Shown piece by piece: positions 34,107 through 46,100 of a stretch of 64,000 nucleotides of DNA. The stretch covers positions 1-64,000 of the forward strand of contig DF237102.1 in NCBI GenBank assembly GCA_000708835.1, given 5' to 3'. A program made the translations under genes and the position numbers. The number at the start of each line of letters is the position of its first letter. The first letter of the stretch is position 1. Under the pieces are notes generated by a model. The model was not told the origin of the DNA, ran no database searches, and saw only the letters and a list, made by a program, of their open reading frames with translations. The stretch comes from Klebsormidium nitens. Taxonomy: Eukaryota > Plantae > Klebsormidiophyceae.

Positions 34107-37100
34107 ATGGGGGGCCCCAGGTATGGGTCCAAGAGAAGGGGGGCGCCGGCGGGTGCTCTCCCATTGGGGTTGCTTCTACTCTGCCTTCTCGTGATAGCTG
34201 GTGAGCAATGACTGTCTTGAAACACTACGTATCCACCAGCAGAGACTCTTATTTTTCAGGCAGGAACTTAGATCAGGTTGGAAGAATGAGGGTAACTGTG
34301 TCCGTGAACTTCTTTGCTTCAGTGTGTCCAGAACAACGAGTTTCAGACTCGTGATCAAGGCATAATTTTGGGGTCATAACATCGTTCTCCTATTCCGTGA
34401 CATTTGATAATAGGCGCGCTGGCTGCCTTTGGTGGAGACAGCTTGACAAACCATAGGCAACGGACACTTGGCTGCTAAACTTAGATCCGATTTCTCGTTC
34501 CAGAACTGAGAACTTGAAATGTCCCTGATTCTTACATAAATCCAGCTCTGGAATCAAGGGGATCCCCTGATCGACAGATGTTAAGTGCAAAAGGACGACC
34601 CGGACAGTAACTACAGCTGTGACCCTGTGTCAAATCGCCTGACAACAAGGTCTGCATATTTTTTTTTCTTTTGAAAGAAAGACAAAAGTCTCTTTCAATT
34701 GGCGCTGAAAAGAAAGAGTGTTTCGTTTTCTCTCACTTTTTGGGCTATGAGCAGCCTATAGGCTACTTTTTCTAGTGGGGGATGGTGGTAATTCTTCCAG
34801 GGCTCGATTTCGGGACGCTGGGCACTCATAGCGGTTTTCTTCTCCTTTTAAAAAAGCGATTATGCTTCGTCCAAAGCTTATGTGGGCGCTTCTGCGAACG
34901 TACAAAACGAGAGGGCTGAGACGGAGCTGGATGAGAGGATCGGAGACACCTTTTGAGCAACCAAGAAGCGAGCTTTGAAAGGAGAAACCCGGTCAGATTG
35001 TTAATTTGCACGAGCAAAATTCCCTTCTGAAAAGTAGGGAAACGCGTTGTCTTTCTACAGCTTCGTGTGCCAAGTGCGATCTTTATATCAGCGTTAGGGT
35101 GATGGCAGGGGAGGTCTAGTTTGCCTGGCGCAGTCCTTAAAAGCATCGTTTTCTGCTGCCATCCAGTCCAAGGGAAATCAATATCTTTGGCGAATCTGTC
35201 GCAGTCACTTTGCCACTCACATTGTGAAGAGAACACTGCTGAATAAGTGGCTTGCGAATGCCTTTCTGGAAGAGGTTGAGGTGGAAGCTTGGATCTGCTG
35301 GAAAGCATTCTGAGTGGAGGGGAACAAGCAGCTTTGTTAGCAACGGCCACGTACTTCTTTACTTCCAAACCTTGAACGAATTGGTGTAAGGCCTTCTGAA
35401 GGGCTATTTTATGCTACGCTCCAGATCGAGCTGGGAATCTGAAAGTCCGCTCTTATGTGCCGACACAACAGACTCAGTCGAGAGTCCGTCTAATTCCACG
35501 CCGCTTTCCATTCTCAGGCGAGGCAGCGGACTCATACGGGAGCAACCAGAAGCAGACTCAACCCCCGTCGGCGACCAGCTATAAGGACTCGCAAGCGGCG
35601 GGTTATAAGGCGGCCAGCCCTTCTCCGAGGTTGTCGTACCAGCAGCCAACGCAGGCGTATAAGGCGCCGGAGGCGACCAAAGCGTATCAGGAGCCGGAGC
35701 GCACGCAGGCGTATAAGGCGCCGGTGGCCACCAAAGCGTATCAGCAGCCGGAGAAGACGCAGTCATATAAGGCGCCGAAGGCGACGAAGGGCTATCAGGA
35801 GCCGGAACGGACGCAAGCGTATAAGGCGCCGGAGGCCACCAAAGCGTATCAGCAGCCGGAGAAGACGCAGGCGTATAAAGCGCCTGAGGCGACGAAAGCC
35901 TATCAGCAGCCAGAGAAGACGCAGGCGTATAAGGCGCCGGAGGCCACCAAAGCGTATCAGCAGCCGGAGAAGACGCAGTCCTATAAGGCGCCAGAGGCAA
36001 CGAAGGGCTATCAGGAGCCGGAGAAGACGCAGTCGTATAAGGCGCCGGAAGCGACGAAGGGCTATCAGGAGCCGGAGCGGACGCAAGCGTATAAGGCGCC
36101 GGAGGCGACGAAAGCCTACCAGCAGCCGGAGAAGACGCGGTCGTATAAGGCGCCGGAAGCGACGAAGGGCTATCAGGAGCCCGAACGGACGCAAGCGTAT
36201 AAGGCGCCAGAGGCGACGAAGGGCTATCAGGAACCAGAACGGACGCAAGCGTATAAGGCGCCAGAGGCGACGAAGGGCTATCAGGAGCCGGAACGGACGC
36301 CGTCGTATAAGGAGCCGGAGCGTACGCAGTCTTATAAGGCGCCGGAGGCGACGAGAAGCTATCAGCAGCCGGAGAGGACGCAGTCGTATAAGGCGCCTGA
36401 GGCAACGAGAGGTTATCAGCAGCCGGAGCCAACGAAGGGCTATGGAAACCCAGAGCCGACTAAGGGTTACGGAAACCCGGAGCCCACCAGAAGCTATAGT
36501 AACCCTGAGCCAACCAAAGGGTATAAAAACCCAGAGCCCACCAAGGGTTACGAGAACCCCGAGCCAACCAAGGGTTACGGGAAACCGGAGCCCACGAAAG
36601 GGTACGGAAACCCTGAGCCGACCAAGGGTTACGGTAACCCTGAACCCACCAAGAGCTACGGGAAACCAGAGCCCACGAAGGAGTACAAGAATCCAGAGCC
36701 GACAAAGGGTTATGGAAACCCTGAGCCGACCAAGGGTTACGGGAAACCAGAGCCCACGAAGGAGTACAAGAACCCAGAGCTGACAAAGGGTTACGGGAAC
36801 CCAGAGCCGACGAAGAGTTACGGAAACCCTGAGCCGACTAAGGCTTATGGGAACCCTGAGCCAACCAAGGGCTACGGAAAACCGGAGGCCACGAAGAGCT
36901 ACGGGGATCCTGAGCCCACGAAAGGATACGGAAACCCGGAGCCGACGAAGGGCTACGGAAAACCGGAGGCTACCAAAGGGTCTGAAAAGCCTGAACCGAC
37001 GAAGGGTTACGGTAACCCTGAGCCGACCAAGGGATACGGAAACCCTGAGCCCACGAAGAATTACGGAAAGCCGGAGCCGACGAAGGGCTATGGGAGCCCA

Positions 37101-40100
37101 GAGCCGACGAAAGGTTACGGCAACCCTGAGCCGACCAAAGGGTACGGAAAGCCGGAACCCATGAAGGGCTATGGGAATCCTGAACCGACCAAGGGTTACG
37201 GGGACAAGCCCGAGCCGACCAAGGGTTATGGAGACAAACATGAGTCAACCAAGGGATACGGTGACAAGCCCGAGTCAACCAAGGGTTACGGGGACAAACC
37301 CGAGTCGACCAAAGGTTACGGGAACAAGCCGGAGTCAACCAAGGGTTACGGGGACAAACCTGAGCCGACCAAGGGTTATGGGGACAAACCTGAGTCGACC
37401 AAGGGATACGGTGACAAGCCGGAGTCAACCAAGGGTTACGGGGACAAACCCGAGTCGACCAAGGGTTACGGGGACAAGCCGGAGTCGACCAAGGGTTACG
37501 GGGACAAACCCGAGCCGACCAAGGGTTATGGGGACAAACCTGAGTCGACCAAGGGTTATGGGGACAAGCCGGAGTCGACCAAGGGTTACGGGGACAAGCC
37601 CGAATCAACTAAGGGTTACGGTGATAAGCCCGAGTCGACCAAGGGTTACGGGGACAAGCCGGAGTCGAACAAGGATTACGGAGACAAGCCCGAATCAACC
37701 AAGGGCTATGGGGACAAACCTGAGTCAACCAGGGGTTACGGAGAGAAGCCGGAGTCAACCAAGGGTTACGGGGACAAACCGGAGTCGACCAAGGGTTATG
37801 GAGACAAGCCGGAATCGACCAAGGGTTACGGAGACAAGCCGGAGCCGACAAAGGGTTACGGGAACCCAGAACCGACCAGAGGTTATGGCAACCCGGAGCC
37901 GACAAAGAGGACTCCGCCAGCACCCACGGATCGCCCGTACGGTAACCCGTCCACTAACCCGCCCAAGACTCCTGCGCCGAGCCACAGCACTCCCGCTCCC
38001 AAGCCCACCACGCCCCGCGGACCCCCCGACAGCTACCGTAAGTATTTTGTGTACTCAAAGGCTATTTGAGCATTTGGTCGAGGTCGACCGTCATTTTGCT
38101 CGGAATAAGCTTCTGCAAAGGAGAGTTTTTCGCGTCACGAGCGCGTTAAACGTCAGTCGCCCCAGTCTCTCGTCGTCAGGAACTCGCTTTCCAGTCGCAA
38201 ACTCGCGTTTCCGAGTAGACCGGAAGCGGGTCCGTTGAAAGTGAGTGCTGCTGCATCGTGTGCCTATACTTTATTTTTTTCGATTCCTAGACATACGTAC
38301 AAATGAGCGCGAATATGTTATATCGATCTCAGATCTCGTCTTTTTGGAAGGACAAGGACTTTCGAAGAGCATGACGGACTCTCGTCACATTATTCGGAAT
38401 GGTCCGCTTGTTGTCAGCTTCTCAATTTTGAGGGTCGCTTGCAGATGCGCACTTCTACGTTTGTGCGTATATGACATTCTTTTCAGCCGTTACTTGAGGC
38501 CAGAGCGATTCTAAACTTTTCCAAGCCTCGAGACCGGTTCTCAGTCTTGCTCGATCCCATGCTTCCGGTACAGTCCCTCTTCTGACATGTTTGCAGCTTC
38601 AGCTTTCAGCTCTTTCCGAAAGTAGGTCCAAGTTGCATCACCTTTTGCTTCTTGCAGGGATCTTTGAAATACTCAACTGAAATACTCAATTGAAATACTC
38701 AAGTTGCACAAGCAGCCCCAAACTCTCTCCTTCGGACGCGATTTGATCCTAAATAATCTCGGAGAGTCGATGTGAATCCTAGGCTTCGACCTCATTCGTT
38801 CTCGTTCCATACAGCCACAAGACCCCAGACTGGCACTTTCTGTCCTCGATTTTCATCGAGTGCCTGGATTCCTCTCCAGAATCTTCGAGTCAAACGGCTA
38901 AACCCCGATTTCCGTCACAGGTTGCTCCGGTTCCAGCTGCGCAACGGCCACCCACTCCTTCCAGCAGAGCCAAGCGCCCGGCGGATGGGCCTCCGGCCAG
39001 TGGATCTGGTTTAGCTCCGTTATCCAAACCTCCCGGTTGAACGCCCCGAGCACCGTTACGATTGCCCCGAGCACAATCTCAGTCTGCGGCCTGAGCATCC
39101 CAGCCCCCGCGGCAACGATTAGTTTCAGCGCGGGGCCTGCGTCGACAATCTTTTCGCGGGGGCAGTGGGTGACGTCAGCGAATCAGGGGAATGGTGACGT
39201 GTTCGCAGTCGGACTTGCGCACCAAGTCACCGCTTCCGAAGCGGTGGTTCTAAAATCTTGCGGCGGAGGGGGGTCCCAGTACAGCTGGACGCTGTGTGTT
39301 TCGGCTCTTTCCACCCCCCCGGCGGGAGTGGAGATCAGCTTCCAAGTGGCGGCCGCAGTTTACGCGCAGATGACCGGTGATCTGACCAAGGTTTACCCTG
39401 CCCCAGACAAAAAGTCAGCTAACCCGGGGTTAGGTTGCAACGCTCAGGCGTGCAGGGCCGGCTGTGCGAGGACTAACGACGCGGGGGCTCCTGCGGTGAG
39501 TACGAAAACCTGCTCGGATCCTTAAACACAGTGACATTGAAAATGTTGTTCTCGACAGAATCTACGTCGTTATAGATACATCTTAGAATGGCGAAGACTT
39601 TAGTATCGGCGAAATGCGTCAAAAGTACGCACCTAATGCATTGCAGTTGGAGCTGCAAAATGTTGACCCTGCATTTAACGGGCCCGACCTAATTTTTGCC
39701 AGACGTTGATTGACTAGTTACGTGGAATTTCCTTTTATCTCCTTCCTCGTTCCCTCCCGCAATGATCTTGGTATTCGTAAGCAAAGCATCTTTGACGGCT
39801 TCCGTGTACCTATCCTCTGTCTCCTTCTGTCCTGACATCGAACCGCCTCTTGGCGGCCATAGAGAAATCTCTGATGGAAAAGCAGAAAGCGGTTAATACA
39901 CAACGAAGCTCGTTTAAACAATCGCTGGTGCGGGCGACGGGAGCTCTTTCTGCAAGATCGCACCGAAGTACGTGGGGCTGTGATGCTCATATGATTCCGC
40001 ATCGCGTGCCACAGCAGAGTTAATTCTAACTTTGGCACAGGCCGTCGAAGCGCCAATTGCTCAATAGAATAGAGGCCAGTCGGCGCCAATCTGCGGATCC

Positions 40101-43100
40101 AAACGGGCTTCTCCGGCCGTACATATCTTCTGAAAGAATGCCCGCGAACTGAAGCACAAAGAACACACTCTTCGAAAACCTGACTCACGTTCTAGTTGGA
40201 ATTGCAGAGCTTTCTACCTACTCTGGAAAAACTCGTATATGAGTTTACCTTGCGTTTGTCCGCTGAAAGCATAAGATGCTTGCATTCTGACGTGGCTTAT
40301 GCTACTCGTCAATCCTGCAGGCCTTCGCCTGTTCCAGCAATCTTCTCGGCGGAGGCACGGGGGGGAAGGGTTCCAACTTCGTCGGCAGTTACTCAAACAG
40401 CCCAATGATCTGCATCGGTAAGGTCCTCGCTAAGAATCATTCTCCATCTCAGTAGTATTTGTGTCCGAGACCTAGTTCGAGACCGTCGAAGCAAGCCGGA
40501 AATCTTTGCGTGGACCACCAATGTTTCTACCGGAATTTCACCGTGAGTACGTCCGCTTATGGCGTTTAGGCAGAGCTCTTGTTTGTCGTGGAAGGCAGGA
40601 ACAGGGCATGATCATTGGCAATTTCAGGAAGGGAAACATTGATGCAAAGAATACAGGTTCAGGCTACAGACGTTCCGCTGACCCGGCTCCGTTCCGTTCT
40701 GGCTGCTTCAGGCGACACCCCAAACGGAACACCGGCGCCCACCACGGGCTCTCCGACCGGTGTCCCAACTAACCCACCTACTAACCCACCTGGTACTCCA
40801 GCTACGAACCCTCCCACCAGCCCTCCCACGAACCCGCCCACTAACCCGCCTGGCGCTCCTCCGACGGACGCTCCAACCAACCCTCCAAACAACCCGCCCA
40901 CTACCCCTCCTACTGACTCTCCCACTAACCCTCCAACCAACCCGCCCACCGACTCCCCAACTAGTGCTCCAACTGGATCGCCCATTAAACCTCCCATTTT
41001 CTCGCCCACTGATGCCCCAACCAAAACCCCGACTGATTCTCCTACCATCCCTCCCACTAATCCGCCGAGTAACCCGCCGACCAACCCTCCCACCAACCCG
41101 CCAACAAACCCGCCTACAAACCTGCCCAACACGCCCACCAACCCGCCCACCAATCCACCCACTAACCCGCCCACTAACCCGCCCGGTACGCCCACCAACC
41201 CGCCCACCAGCCAACCCGCTAACCCNNNNNNNNNNNNNNNNNNNNNNNNNNNNNNNNNNNNNNNNNNNNNNNNNNNNNNNNNNNNNNNNNNNNNNNNNNN
41301 NNNNNNNNNNNNNNNNNNNNNNNNNNNNNNNNNNNNNNNNNNNNNNNNNNNNNNNNNNNNNNNNNNNNNNNNNNNNNNNNNNNNNNNNNNNNNNNNNNNN
41401 NNNNNNNNNNNNNNNNNNNNNNNNNNNNNNNNNNNNNNNNNNNNNNNNNNNNNNNNNNNNNNNNNNNNNNNNNNNNNNNNNNNNNNNNNNNNNNNNNNNN
41501 NNNNNNNNNNNNNNNNNNNNNNNNNNNNNNNNNNNNNNNNNNNNNNNNNNNNNNNNNNNNNNNNNNNNNNNNNNNNNNNNNNNNNNNNNNNNNNNNNNNN
41601 NNNNNNNNNNNNNNNNNNNNNNNNNNNNNNNNNNNNNNNNNNNNNNNNNNNNNNNNNNNNNNNNNNNNNNNNNNNNNNNNNNNNNNNNNNNNNNNNNNNN
41701 NNNNNNNNNNNNNNNNNNNNNNNNNNNNNNNNNNNNNNNNNNNNNNNNNNNNNNNNNNNNNNNNNNNNNNNNNNNNNNNNNNNNNNNNNNNNNNNNNNNN
41801 NNNNNNNNNNNNNNNNNNNNNNNNNNNNNNNNNNNNNNNNNNNNNNNNNNNNNNNNNNNNNNNNNNNNNNNNNNNNNNNNNNNNNNNNNNNNNNNNNNNN
41901 NNNNNNNNNNNNNNNNNNNNNNNNNNNNNNNNNNNNNNNNNNNNNNNNNNNNNNNNNNNNNNNNNNNNNNNNNNNNNNNNNNNNNNNNNNNNNNNNNNNN
42001 NNNNNNNNNNNNNNNNNNNNNNNNNNNNNNNNNNNNNNNNNNNNNNNNNNNNNNNNNNNNNNNNNNNNNNNNNNNNNNNNNNNNNNNNNNNNNNNNNNNN
42101 NNNNNNNCGCCCACAATCCACCCACTAACCTGCCCACTAACCCGCCCGGTACGCCTACCAACCCGCCCACGAATCCACCCACTAACCTGCCCACTAACCC
42201 GCCCGGTACGCCTACCAACCCGCCCACCAGTCCACCCACTAACCCGCCGACAAACCCGCCCGGTACGCCTACCAACTCCCCCACCAATCCACCCACTAAC
42301 GCGCCCACTAACCCGCCCAACACCCCGGCGCCTACACCCACGGAATCTCCCCTGCCGCCCCCGACCGGGTTACCGTGCAAACCCGACTTCGTCTGCTCGT
42401 TCCTGCGTCCGGTTTCGTCCGAAAGCGAGCTTTCGGACGCCCTCACGGACCTGTCCGTCTGCGGGGCGACCCTGGTGGGCGACGTACAGCTGTCGGAGTC
42501 GCTGCCACCTGTCAGGCGCGTGTTTCAGATCAAGAGCAACGCGGCGAAATGCGCGAGCGGGAGGTGCGCGATCCTCGGCTCGGGACAGGACGGCGTGTTC
42601 CAGGTCGTGACCGGGGGAGGGCTGTACCTGCAGAGCGTCATCATTCAAGGAGGGGTGCAGGTGACATTTACGGCAATATTTCCGCGGCTGTTTTTTCGTT
42701 GAATATTCCGGTGGGGCTCATATCATTACCGGCCTTTTTGGCAGGTGCTCTTTCTCCGTGCCACATTCACCGGAGATCGCATCCAACAGAGCTGTGGCTC
42801 CAGCTTACAAGGTTTCAAAATTCTTGACCTCAAGAAGAGTGCAAATCGCACAGCGAATCAGATATACGTTGTTGTTTTATAATCGCTGGTTGTACCCTGG
42901 TTAGCCCGCTTTCAAATCGAGGAGGAACCGTAATGACCCATTTCACCTGATTGATTGAGATTGTTGACCAATATTTTGCAGGCAGCGGGAGGAGCCGTCA
43001 CAGTCGGCTGCGGAGGCTACCTGATCGCCGGGAACGTCGACTTCAAAGGAAACCAGGCCAGAGTATGTCGACCTTGATCACTTTGCTTCTTAATGGAAAG

Positions 43101-46100
43101 GATTTCTTGGTCCCCACAGCCTTTACGCCTGTTCTGAAGGCCTCAAAAAGCTCTTGCCACTTGAAACGAAAGCACGCTTCCGAGTTCTTCGAAGGTTCCA
43201 ATAATATGCGTGACAGAGAAAGTCTGAGCGTGGCCGTCGAGATATTGCCGATACCCCTGCCGCCGCGCGGTTGAAGATGCGGCGGAAAGTGATACCTTGC
43301 GTCCCGGAGAAAGGCGACTTATTCGTCTCCTACAAGTTTGCCAGCTTGCAAGCAAAGCAAGTGAACACATTTTACAAGAAGGCAGTAGAACGCGGTTTTG
43401 AACTATTGAAACCCTTGAGCATCGTCTTCTGTGGACGATTCAGCCAGCTGCCCTGCAAAGTCGCTGCCCTTATCTTTTCCTCCTGTACCTGACTCAATTT
43501 CCGCTTGGCATTCCGCCGGAGCTGACACGGGTTCCGTCTTCATGGCGTTCAGTCGACGGCGTCGAACAAGCTGGCGGGCGGAGGCGCGGTCGCGGTACTT
43601 GGCGGCGGAGCCCTCTTCAAAAGCTGCGTCTTTGAGGAGAATCAAGCATCCGGTGCAATGGTGAGGGCAGTCTCAAAGTTTCCGGTTGGCATATCAGACC
43701 ATCTACTGGTTTCAACTAGATGAGCGATAAGTAAAGCTGGGAGATATGAGCTGAAAAGTCGAAGTGATAGGGTCGAAAATGAAGATCCCTATGGACGACG
43801 ACAACCCCACTTGTTTACGAATGTGCGGCAACGACGGCTGAGCCGCATAGTGACAGGGCCGTTGACTCGGTTCAAACCCGTTTGCGCTTTCTTTGCCAAG
43901 AATCTTCTCATACGTGGAAAGAAAAGGTCAGCAATCAGCTGGGCTTAGTGGTCGTTTCGTTTCCTTGCAAAAGTTCGCAAAGTACAAAGCTCACGAGAAC
44001 TTGGTTTTGTGTGTAGGGCCGTTCCAACGGAGGCGCTCTGCTGGTTATGGGCGACGCGAACGACGGGTGCCCCAGCGGAACGGCCGTTCTTGAGAACAGT
44101 GTCCTTGCTAGCAACAAGGCGCAGGTGAGCGGTGCACCTATTCTGAATTACGTCCTTGAAACAAGCAGCTACGAAGAAGTTATGAGACCGAAATAACCCA
44201 AGTCTTATGATAGAATCGGTCTATAACCCTTAGGAGCGTGTTCCTACGAATGTCCTTTGTTAAATGGACCGACGTTTCAGTGGGTTTTGCAGATCTCTCC
44301 CTTGCACATGCTGAACCGGCCGCTTTTTCGACAGCCCTTCGCCATAGATGCATTCGGAAAAGGGGCAATTTTCAAATCTTCTCGCTAAACAGCGAACTTT
44401 CAAAGTGAGAAAATCAACTGATGAACAGAAAATTTCTCGTGTTCAAGCTGGTCATAAGTCAGAATTGTTCGTTCACAGGATTACGGAGGCGCCGTGTACG
44501 TCGGCGAAGGCGGCCTCGCCTATTTGGTCTCGACGCAGTTCAGCGGCAACAGCGCCGGCGCGCCCGCGCCCACGAGCGCGCGCGCGGGCGGCGCGGTCGC
44601 GGTCCAGGGCGGGCGCGCGTTCTTCGACGCCGCGGTCTTCACCGCAAACGCCGATCAGGTGAGCAGCTCGAGATCGTCTTTGAGACAAGTGATACAGGAG
44701 TTTTTCCTCTGGGCGCTCAATCTACTGATCGAGTGTATGAGACCCCTCGAGATTGCATCAGTCGAAAGCAAGAGACAAGCCCTGATATGGTGGGATACCA
44801 GTTGATAGGGACGGTTGCAGCGAACAGGGAACAACTCTCCTTTTTGTGGACTCCTATGAAATAGCCTAAAGAAGTGTTCCGACGTGGGACGTTAGCAACG
44901 AAGGGCTCAGACAAAGCACTCACCGGTCCTTAGCAGGCTCTAGCTCAGCTTTTCAAACTCATAAGAAGCGAGAATGAAAGACATTACGAACTCATCTGGA
45001 AGACAAGGAGGAAGAAATCTTCATAGATATCTGAAACGAAGTGTAACAAGAACAAACGGTTCCGACTGATGCAGGTCGGCGCCAACCACGTCCACGTGGA
45101 CGGCCCCGGCAGTCGCGCGGCCTTCTCCCCGATCGCTCCCCCCTCCGTGACGTCATCCAACCAGGGCGTGACGTCATCTCGGAGTACCTGCAAGCCGCCC
45201 CCCTGCCTGATGACCTCTCCCTCTCCCTTCCCACAAAATTCCCCGTCACCGTCACCGCAGACGTCACCAACCCCATCGCCGCTGACGTCAGTTTCGCCCT
45301 CTCCGGGGTCATCCCCCTCTCCCTCTCCCTCTGCTTCGCCTCCCCCGGGGACCTCCCCCGAACCCTCTCCTTCCTCTCCGCCGCTGACGTCACCGTCCCC
45401 GTCACCGCTGACGCCACCTTCGCCGTCAGCTTCACCAAACCCGGAGGGATCCCCCGAGCCCTCTCCGTCTGCTTCGCCGTATCCGGAGGGATCCCCCGAG
45501 CCCTCTCCTTCTGCGTCGCCCAACCCGGAGGGATCCCCCGAGCCGTCCCCTTCTTCCTGGCCAACGCTGTCACCTCCTCCTGAAAAGATCGTCATCCCAA
45601 GCCCGTCTTCTTCGCCAGTGCCCGAGCCATCAGGTATTAATAGAGGCCACTTAACTTCACCTTGATTCCAAACGATTTTGCACTCTTCAAATTTGAAGCC
45701 CAAGTAAGGCGAGCTTTGAACTCACAGGTTTCACCTGAAAGAGAGAAGGCTTGATATGCTTGTGACTGCTGCTTCGGTTTGCGTTTGCGCATTTTCAATC
45801 CCCTGCACTCCATCATCCTTCGTTACGTTTGTTGGAACTTTCTAAATCTCTCGGAACAGCACGGGAGAAGTGTTTGTTCCTGTCTCCACCTCTCTGTACA
45901 TTCTTCTTGGAACCATGTCGGAACACTTTTGAAACACCGACTCATTTACTGCCCCAATTTCCGCCCTTCAAGGCTCAGGCAGCCTAGTATTCTGATCATC
46001 TCAGGTCATCTTATGATGCCACGCCTTCAGAAAGTTTCACGTGTGTTATGGTCCAAGACTTTTTTTGCCTGGTTGAAAGGAACCCAGGGGACTCTGAAGA

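Noticed and set aside
35404-38238. Long alternative-frame and antisense ORFs (35404-36432, 35763-37241, 37171-38238; likewise 40659-42446, 44984-45703)
   Set aside because: They are shadows of stop-free coding repeats; only the spliced plus frame carries a signal peptide and domains.
39496-39525. Stop at 39525 as the end of a separate gene
   Set aside because: A consensus GTGAGT donor precedes it, and the domain motif continues in phase in exon 40321-40417.
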